Source: Candidatus Harpocratesius repetitus (lineage in GTDB: Archaea; Asgardarchaeota; Lokiarchaeia; Sigyniarchaeales; Promethearchaeaceae). Taken from it: 32,000 nucleotides of DNA. The notes under the pieces were generated by a model. The model worked only from the letters and a program-made list of their open reading frames with translations, was not told the origin of the DNA and searched no databases. The stretch covers positions 4,050,001-4,082,000 of the forward strand of contig JAIZWK010000001.1 of assembly GCA_021498095.1 (NCBI GenBank), written 5' to 3'. The first letter of the stretch is position 1. Every line of letters starts with the position of its first letter. Positions 17,770 to 24,762 of this stretch are shown piece by piece. The position numbers and the translations under genes were made by a program.

Positions 17770-18825
17770 CTATTTTGCTACAGTAGAAACAATATTTTTT
17801 ATTATTTTTTCAGCATCTTGACCCGGTCGGGGTTTTATTCCGCCAGAAAGAACTAATTGAGCAATTTCTTTGAATTTTTTCATTTCCAAATTTTTATTTT
17901 TTTGCTGATGCAAGCCTGCCATTTTTGCAATAGCAATTGCAGAACGTATTGATGCGGGACGTTCAATATCACGATTTTTTCTAGTTGCTGCAATCAATTC
18001 ATATGTGAGATTCAGATAATCTTTGTTTAATTTTGAATGAGGAATATTAGCATGAATAATATCCATCTCAACAGCCCTTGAAGGATAATCCAATTTTATC
18101 CAAACCTTAATACGGTCTTTTAAAGCTTCAGATAATCGATGAGTCCCCGCCATATCGCTTGGGTTCGCAGCACAAATAAGAAAGAAATCATCTTTTGCCT
18201 TTATTCTTCCTAATCTAGGAAGAAGAAGACTGCGTTCTTCTAATGGTTCTAAAAAGGAGTTTTGACAATATTCAGTAGCTCGGTTTAATTCGTTTGCAAG
18301 AAAAATACCCCCAACAACCATCATTTTAGTTAACGGTCCAGGTAAAAATGCTTCTTTAACAAATCCACGCTTTAAAGTTTCACCCGGATCAAAAGAACCA
18401 ATAAAATGTGTCGGTTTGGTGGCTTCATCCATAGTCATCCATTCAAAATCGCGATTTTGTGCAGCTGCAAAACTGCGTGCTAGCAAGGTCTTTCCCGTTC
18501 CAGGTGGACCAATTAATATTGGCGTTAATTGACACGCTTGAGCATCTTCTAACAAATCAAAAGCAATTTTATACTGCCCTTTATTAACCAATTCCACATC
18601 AGGGCTATGATCACTGATAAAAGAAGATTGGAGCAGCTCATAAAAATCTACGGATGATGGAGCAGATTTCTTATGATCAGACTTTGCAGTTGATTTTGCG
18701 GTTGATTTTACGCTTGATTTCGTGGTTGATTTTATTGATGATCTTGCTGTTGATGGTTTTGCAGTCGAAGTTTTCTTTTTTTTAGTTGATTTTACTTTTT
18801 TCTGTGTAGTTTTTTTAGCAGGCAT
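17770..18825 (-). CDS. MoxR-family AAA+ ATPase with a basic low-complexity N-terminal tail
   Basis: Walker A GPPGTGKT, Walker B variant FLANELNR, 'QNSFLEPLEER', sensor 1 'AANP', Arg finger 'EALKDR', sensor 2 'SIRSAI'. Confidence 0.9.
   Translation of the reverse strand: MPAKKTTQKKVKSTKKKKTSTAKPSTARSSIKSTTKSSVKSTAKSTAKSDHKKSAPSSVDFYELLQSSFISDHSPDVELVNKGQYKIAFDLLEDAQACQLTPILIGPPGTGKTLLARSFAAAQNRDFEWMTMDEATKPTHFIGSFDPGETLKRGFVKEAFLPGPLTKMMVVGGIFLANELNRATEYCQNSFLEPLEERSLLLPRLGRIKAKDDFFLICAANPSDMAGTHRLSEALKDRIKVWIKLDYPSRAVEMDIIHANIPHSKLNKDYLNLTYELIAATRKNRDIERPASIRSAIAIAKMAGLHQQKNKNLEMKKFKEIAQLVLSGGIKPRPGQDAEKIIKNIVSTVAK
18682..18753 (-). repeat. Six degenerate 12-bp tandem repeats encoding (S-T/S-x-K/R)6 in the MoxR tail
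   Basis: Units on + strand: ctttgcagttga, ttttgcggttga, ttttacgcttga, tttcgtggttga, ttttattgatga, tcttgctgttga. Confidence 0.8.
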
Positions 18826-19069
18826 AGAAATTATTCCTCAAATTTTTGTCACTAAGAATTTTATGAAAATGAACCAAAGTTCATTCCTACTTGATATTAC
18901 TACATAACTCCTAAAAGTATTTTAAAATAACGAATGTTGTAAGATTTTTTAGAATTATCAAACTTCCATCTTTTTAATCGATTATTTACAAGATGGATAA
19001 TCTTTTAAAAAATGTAAAAAAAATAAAAGCTTTATGTTTTTATTCCATCTCGATTTTAATATTTTGAAA

Positions 19070-19819
19070 ATGGAAGAAACGTCCCCAAATAACGCCTCGT
19101 CATTATTTCCCACAGATTTTGTAGGAGAAAAAGAATGGTTCTTTCTCTATTTGATCGCTCTTCAAGAATCTCCCCAGCAAAAAAATGTACCCACTCCTAT
19201 ATTATATAAAAATCTTCCTTTTAGTCAAACAACTGTATCTCGCCGTATCATAGAATTAGAGCAACAAGGTTATCTCAAACGTTCATTTGGAACAAAAGGT
19301 GGAACTGTTTCCTTAACCCAAAGAGCCTACTCAGCACTTGAATCGGTATATTTGAATCTCCATTTAATATTTGAAGAAAAAGAAAGATTTGATCGATTTT
19401 CTGGAAAATTACAATCAGGAATGGGTGAAGGTGCACATTATATTAAACATCCAAAATATTTGCCCCAGTTTTATCAAAAAGTAGGATTTTTTCCATATTT
19501 TGGAACATTAAACCTTCAAGTTCTTCCCGTCTATGCACAATTAATTGAACAACGTATAGAACATTTCCAATACGTTCAAATAGAAGGATTTACAGATAAT
19601 TCACGAACATATGGAACTGTAAAATGCTATCTTGTGCATTTATGGTCAGAAAAAGAACCACAAAAACGCGTGGAAGGCGCCTTGCTACGAATTCAGCGAA
19701 CATCCCACAAACCATTTACATTAGAATTCATCTCGGAGCAATATCTTCGCGATTTTTTCCATGTCAAAGATGGAGATACTATATTTTTTGAATTTAAGAG
19801 AAATTCTAAAGAGAATTGA
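19070..19819 (+). CDS. ribK: Bifunctional wHTH regulator / CTP-dependent riboflavin kinase (RbkR type)
   Basis: N-terminal wHTH 'SQTTVSRRIIELEQQGYLKR'; kinase motifs 'GKLQSGMGEGAHYI', 'PYFGTLNL', 'LEFIS...LRDFFHVKDGD'. ATG 19070 is preferred over the ORF-track start 19034. Confidence 0.9.
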   Translation: MEETSPNNASSLFPTDFVGEKEWFFLYLIALQESPQQKNVPTPILYKNLPFSQTTVSRRIIELEQQGYLKRSFGTKGGTVSLTQRAYSALESVYLNLHLIFEEKERFDRFSGKLQSGMGEGAHYIKHPKYLPQFYQKVGFFPYFGTLNLQVLPVYAQLIEQRIEHFQYVQIEGFTDNSRTYGTVKCYLVHLWSEKEPQKRVEGALLRIQRTSHKPFTLEFISEQYLRDFFHVKDGDTIFFEFKRNSKEN

Positions 19820-19914
19820 TTACAGATTATATGAAAGGATCATATTTTCTATTTCCTAAGCATGTAGCTATGATTGGAGATACCCAATTTTCAATATTAT
19901 CTTTCTCCATTATA

Positions 19915-20178
19915 TGAGGATGTTTCATCTTTTTTAATTTAAACGCTTTTTTGAATATCATTCATATATATCCGACTTATATCTGAAATATAGCAATTCT
20001 TTTTTTGTCGAACTCGATTTTTTCAAAGAAATTGTTAAAAATATACCATCTTGTTTATAAATTCTTCAATCTGAAGTCGATTTTATTATAATTTTTGATT
20101 TACATATCTTGAATTTGGCACCTTGGTAAAATCGACAAAAAATAAAGAAGGATATTTTGGATTTGAGTCGGAAGAATT
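19915..20178. repeat. 264-bp non-coding structured repeat, copy A
   Basis: Colinear with the reverse complement of 30316-30579 (17 mismatches, no indels by hand alignment). Internal inverted arms at 19971-20010 and 20133-20172. Confidence 0.92.
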
Positions 20179-20214
20179 CAGATGATGAAATGAAAAACTT
20201 CGAATCTTTGAAAT

Positions 20215-20541
20215 TTAAAATACCCTCATATATTCTAAAGAAAATTGATCTAAAGATTTTTTATTTATATATTCTAAAGAAAATTGATCTAAAGATTTTT
20301 TATTCGAATCTTGATTTAATATTTTTTTCAATTTTTCGCTTAATTCCTTTTTTATAAAAGCATTCATAAATTTGTTAAAAATTGAAATTGTTTCGGAATA
20401 GAGATTATTAAATTCTAAAATTTTAAATAACTCAGCGATAAATTCAAGAATTATATCTGGTTCGGATTCAGTTTGGAATATCTTTTCAAATGATGACTTT
20501 GAGTCAATGATTTCTTCATAATTTGAATAATGGGGACACAT
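20215..20541 (-). CDS. Hypothetical protein, possibly the C-terminal fragment of the upstream ORF
   Basis: 108-aa ORF starting 2 nt after the upstream stop, ending in a 13-aa duplication. Confidence 0.45.
   Translation of the reverse strand: MCPHYSNYEEIIDSKSSFEKIFQTESEPDIILEFIAELFKILEFNNLYSETISIFNKFMNAFIKKELSEKLKKILNQDSNKKSLDQFSLEYINKKSLDQFSLEYMRVF
20228..20304. repeat. 39-bp tandem duplication
   Basis: atatattctaaagaaaattgatctaaagattttttatt occurs at 20228 and 20267, giving NKKSLDQFSLEY twice in the minus-strand ORF. Confidence 0.92.
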
Positions 20542-20543
20542 AA

Positions 20544-20989
20544 TTAGCTCTCCTGCAATAAAACTTCAGTAATCAATTTTTCTTTAATTGATTTGAAAAA
20601 TGCTTTTTTTTCTATTTTATGTAAATCTTGAAGTATCTCTATCATTGAGGAACTATCAAATGTAGCAGAATATTCCGCTTTTAGGTCAATAAGATAATAA
20701 AAATCGGGTTTTTCTTGATGATTGGCTTTATTTTGGTCAAACACTAACCGTGTAATTAGAAGATATTTATTTTCAATGATTTCACGAAAATCAAGTAAAT
20801 GAGATTCCATGATTTCAAAGTCTTGTAACTCTGGATTAAATTTTATTTGAAAATATTTGGAATACATCTGAAATAATTCTCTTTTTTCTCGTTGTCCTAA
20901 AGGAAATTTATTAATATATCGCAACGAAAGTTTTTGGATGGTTAAATAGGGAAAAATTTTATGTTGAAGAATATCGTTTGGTAATTCAT
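20544..20989 (-). pseudogene. Hypothetical protein with an N-terminal F-box-like motif; start ATG out of frame by 1 nt
   Basis: The frame of ORF 20544-20924 stays open upstream and reads ELPNDILQHKIFPYLTIQKLSLRYINKF from 20987. An ATG at 20989-20987 overlaps the Glu codon (ATGAATTACCA instead of ATGGAATTACCA). Confidence 0.5.
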
Positions 20990-20995
20990 AATTAT

Positions 20996-22147
20996 TTATA
21001 CCAATTTACTCTTTTGAAGTTGGTTTAACGCATCTTTTGCATGATCAGAGATACTTGAATATAATCGCGATTTTTCAGATTGAATCCATGAAAGAAATTC
21101 ACGAATTCCCTCTTTAAATGGCATTTTGGGTTTAAATCCTAATTTTTCTGAAATTTTAGTAATGTCTGCGAATATATGTCGAACATCGCCAGCTCGAAAT
21201 TTATAAAGAATTTGATTATCAACTTGAATATTTAAAATTTTTTTTATCGCATTCGCTACTTCTATAATTGATACAGGATTGCCAGTTCCCACATTAAAGA
21301 TTTCATAATTTGCTTCTGGTTTTTCCATTACGAGCTGTAATGCTTGACAAATATCAGAAACATGAATCAAGTCTCGAGATTGATTTCCATCTTCATAAAT
21401 TAAGGGTGAATTTCCTGCTAATATTGAAGTAGCAAAAATAGCACAAACACCTGTATAAGGATTAGAAAGTGCTTGATGTGAACCATATGTTCCAAAAAAC
21501 CGAAGAATTGAAACGGGAATACCGTATGTTTTTCCAATTAACATACATAAATTCTCCTGCTGCAATTTTGTATATGCATATACTGTACTTGGATTTGCGG
21601 GAGCCAGTTCTGAAGTAGGTTTAGGAATGAGAGATTTACGGCATAGTGGACAAACAGGGTCCCAAATGTTCTTCTGATTGATGAAAATTTCTGATTTTGA
21701 TCGATTTTCAGGATATACTATTCCATGATCCTCACACCAATAAGCACCTTCACCATAAATTGACATAGAAGAAGCAATAATTAATTTTCTGACATTATTT
21801 GGTTTGTTTACCAAACTATCCAATAAAACACTTGTTCCTGTCGTATTATTTTGAACGAAATCGGCAATTTTATACATGGATTGGGCAACTCCAACCTTAG
21901 CTGCTAAATGATAAACAATATCAACATCATTCAAAACTTTTTGAAGAGTAGAAGCGTTAGTTATATCACCATGTATAAATTCTACACGTGAATCTAAATA
22001 CGGAGGAGTCTGTGGCGAGTAGGAATGAACTTGAGGATCTAAATTATCAAAAACAATAACATAGTGCCCTTGGTTAAGGAGTTCATGAACTAAATGACTT
22101 CCTATAAAACCTGCCCCACCTGTGATGAGAATTTTATATGTAACCAT
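20996..22147 (-). CDS. NAD-dependent nucleotide-sugar epimerase/dehydratase (extended SDR) with a Cys/His insertion
   Basis: 'ILITGGAGFIGSH', 'YHLAA', 'ASSMSIYG', YxxxK 'YAYTK', 'DGNQSRDLIHV'; insertion 'CEDH...CPLC'. Likely start ATG 22147. Confidence 0.92.
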   Translation of the reverse strand: MVTYKILITGGAGFIGSHLVHELLNQGHYVIVFDNLDPQVHSYSPQTPPYLDSRVEFIHGDITNASTLQKVLNDVDIVYHLAAKVGVAQSMYKIADFVQNNTTGTSVLLDSLVNKPNNVRKLIIASSMSIYGEGAYWCEDHGIVYPENRSKSEIFINQKNIWDPVCPLCRKSLIPKPTSELAPANPSTVYAYTKLQQENLCMLIGKTYGIPVSILRFFGTYGSHQALSNPYTGVCAIFATSILAGNSPLIYEDGNQSRDLIHVSDICQALQLVMEKPEANYEIFNVGTGNPVSIIEVANAIKKILNIQVDNQILYKFRAGDVRHIFADITKISEKLGFKPKMPFKEGIREFLSWIQSEKSRLYSSISDHAKDALNQLQKSKLV

Positions 22148-22268
22148 TAGAATAATTAAATATAGAACTTTCAACCTAAAAAAATCGTGAATTCTTTAAA
22201 ATTTTTTCAAATAAAATAATAATAAAAAGATTTTTAATTATGATAAAGAATAGGTAATATCGGATCTT

Positions 22269-22970
22269 ATGTGCCCAATATCTTTTTCTCAAGAAAAATC
22301 TACTTTTGGTCGACGTTTTCAAAGCGCTCAATTTACTCAATTTGTTATGTTCTCAATTTTAACTCTAACGACTCTTATTTCATTATTTCTATGGAAAGAA
22401 ATTTCAAAATATACATATATGTCTGAAGATGAAATGATGAAATATATTCAAACTAATAATTTGATGATTTACATGATTATTCTTTTGATTCTATTTCTGG
22501 GTATTGGAATTTTAGGTATATTCAGCTTCATCCTTTCAATTAAGTATATAATTGCTTTAGAACGAGTAAGTAGAATTACTGCAAGTATATTTCTGCGTAA
22601 AATGTTTTGGATCCAAATAACAATTCATATTAACTGGATATTTGCATTATTTTTAGTAGATGTTTACAAACCTCAATTAAATTCGCTCATTTTATTAATA
22701 TCTAATTTTCTACATATTCTTTATTATATGCAAATGAAAAAATGGGTTAAAGATTTTCCACGTCAAGGTATTGATTCAAAAATGGAAGATTTTTTCCTAC
22801 AATTTATTTTTTTACGCCAAGTGTTTGCATTAATCTCTATTGGTTTACTCGTTTTTACACTATTTTCAGACTCTGCACCAATATGGGAATATCTACTTCT
22901 ATCAACCCTAGGTACAGCTATGACTGGAATCTCATGGAGATTTGGAGTACGAATTGCAGAAATTTTTTAA
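22269..22970 (+). CDS. Hypothetical polytopic membrane protein
   Basis: About six hydrophobic segments and no recognised motif. Confidence 0.6.
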   Translation: MCPISFSQEKSTFGRRFQSAQFTQFVMFSILTLTTLISLFLWKEISKYTYMSEDEMMKYIQTNNLMIYMIILLILFLGIGILGIFSFILSIKYIIALERVSRITASIFLRKMFWIQITIHINWIFALFLVDVYKPQLNSLILLISNFLHILYYMQMKKWVKDFPRQGIDSKMEDFFLQFIFLRQVFALISIGLLVFTLFSDSAPIWEYLLLSTLGTAMTGISWRFGVRIAEIF

Positions 22971-23111
22971 AAAATAATAAGAAGTTTATTGGTATTATCT
23001 AAATCGTACTAACAAAATTTTTAATATATGGCAGATTTATTTTTTTGAATTTAAATCGATTGACGGTGGGGTTTACACCAATATCTGCCCAAAATTCATC
23101 CCATTTTTCAT

Positions 23112-23235
23112 GCCGGAGTAGCTCAGTTGGTTAGAGCGCAGGACTCATAATCGCCATCCTAAAATAGGGTCAGATCGCGCATTTCGCGCTCGTTTTGTAA
23201 TCCTGAGGTCGGGAGTCCAATCCTCCCCTCCGGTA
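23112..23235 (+). tRNA. Elongator tRNA-Met(CAT) with 50-nt intron at 37/38 (intron 23150-23199)
   Basis: Acceptor GCCGGAG/CTCCGGT, D arm GCTC/GAGC, anticodon stem CAGGA/TCCTG, CAT at 23146-23148, T arm GGGAG-TCCAATC-CTCCC, A73. The GCC start fits archaeal elongator Met rather than initiator or Ile2. Confidence 0.9.
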
Positions 23236-23281
23236 CGACTTTATACATCTTAAATTGCAACATTTATCGTTGTACTACATA

Positions 23282-23500
23282 TCATTTTACACAGACAGGT
23301 GAGAAAAGACATAGTTGTTTCCAAAAGAACTTTTGGAGTGCATCGACGATATTAATCTTATCTAAATATGCGAGCGTTTTAGACACATCAATTTGTTGGT
23401 TAAAATATATCACGGATTCGTTGCGTCCATCCATTAAATAAAATTCCAAAACATAGAATTTCGGAAAATTCTTCAAATGAGTGCCATCAGATCGTTTCAT
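23282..23500 (-). pseudogene. N-terminal fragment resembling the catalytic-domain-only 2-oxoacid dehydrogenase E2 (acyltransferase) family
   Basis: 'MKRSDGTHLKNFPKF...YLMDGRNESVIYFNQQIDVSKTLAYL' recalls the RxDG...MxxRNESxxYF...IDxxxxLxY family start. The ORF ends after 72 aa. Confidence 0.45.
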
Positions 23501-23905
23501 AAGAGAAGCAAACAAGAAAAACAAACTAGAAAAATAGAAAAAAATTCATTTCAATCAATTTATTCAAGTGAATACTCATACATAAGTCGAGTATCAACTA
23601 ATTTAGCTTTCATTAATGGTAATTTTGGAAAGATTGTGTCCCAAAATTCTTTTTCAATTGAATAAAAAAGTAATGGATATTCCCAATCTAATTGATGCAT
23701 AATTGAACTTTTTTGTGCTTTTTTTGATCTTTATTTAACAATGAAAAATTTGCAGAAAATGATATTTTTCCAAATTATTTTGGTAGAATATTCTTCAAAA
23801 TATAAAAACAAAAGATTTTTATACAATTTTTTGCAACTAGGAGTAACCTTTTCGTGTGGTTCAGATCATAAGATCTCGGAAATAGAAAATGGAATGTGTG
23901 TTGTG

Positions 23906-24409
23906 ATGAAAAAAACCTTTCGTTATGCAATTCTTCTCACCATTGGTGTGCTGATTGCTGGTAATGTAGCAACATTTGCTTCAGCTTATCCAAGTTCATC
24001 CGAATATGAAGGTGAAATTACTTATCCTCTTGAAATAACAAATGCAATTTATGCAGATTTAGATCAAGATGGTTTAGACGATGATGTAATCGTCGACTTT
24101 GTTTTAAAATCTCCTACTGGAGAACTCTGCTATTTTGATGCAAAGTTTGAGATGTTTTTAACCCTTCCATCAGGTTACACATACTGGATGCAATTTAGGA
24201 TTACAGAAGTATTCGTTGAATTACCAGTAACCTTATCACTCTATAATACAGCAACAGAATCTGGTTGGTATGATCTTGATATATTCGCAGATGTATGGGG
24301 GTACGATGTCAATGGAGTAATCTTTTCAGGAACAGTTTCTGATTCATTGACTTTTGATCCTCGTGAATATAAAGATGGGGGATTACCTTACGGAGTTATT
24401 TCCTATTAA
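23906..24409 (+). CDS. Secreted acidic beta-rich protein with a DxDxDG Ca-binding-like motif
   Basis: Signal peptide 'MKKTFRYAILLTIGVLIAGNVATFASA' from ATG 23906 (the ORF-track extension to 23741 looks like AT-rich promoter DNA); 'ADLDQDGLDDDV'. Confidence 0.7.
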   Translation: MKKTFRYAILLTIGVLIAGNVATFASAYPSSSEYEGEITYPLEITNAIYADLDQDGLDDDVIVDFVLKSPTGELCYFDAKFEMFLTLPSGYTYWMQFRITEVFVELPVTLSLYNTATESGWYDLDIFADVWGYDVNGVIFSGTVSDSLTFDPREYKDGGLPYGVISY

Positions 24410-24762
24410 AAAAACTCTACAGAAATATTTGCAAACTATTGAGATCAAGGAGTGAAGGAATTAAAGGGAGAATATTAGTTGAAATTGAAATATGTTTGAA
24501 GGTGAAAAACATCCTCATTTTTTTCTTTTCATTCAAAATAAAAATATAATAATCATGAAATTTTCTATTAAGAATGTTCTGTAAACCACAAAAAAGTTTG
24601 AAAAACAAACGAAGAGAGATAAGGAAAAGGTAAAAGATATACTAAGTAATAAGTAGTTGAAGTTAGAAAAATTCCTGATATATTCGTAATTAACAATCAG
24701 AAAAGGGAAAAAAAGGGGAATAATTAAAAGATTGCAGTAATGGGGGAGCAAATTCTTTGAAT

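Noticed and set aside
18900-19030. RbkR operator in the MoxR/ribK divergent intergenic region
   Set aside because: Only short AT-only palindromes such as TAAAA-GTA-TTTTA, expected by chance at this composition.
20228-20304. CRISPR-like repeat
   Set aside because: Two directly adjacent copies with no spacer, inside an ORF, and no cas genes. No repeat-spacer array was seen anywhere in the window.
23741-23905. ORF-track N-terminal extension of the secreted protein
   Set aside because: Low-complexity AT-rich sequence; the signal peptide starts cleanly at ATG 23906.
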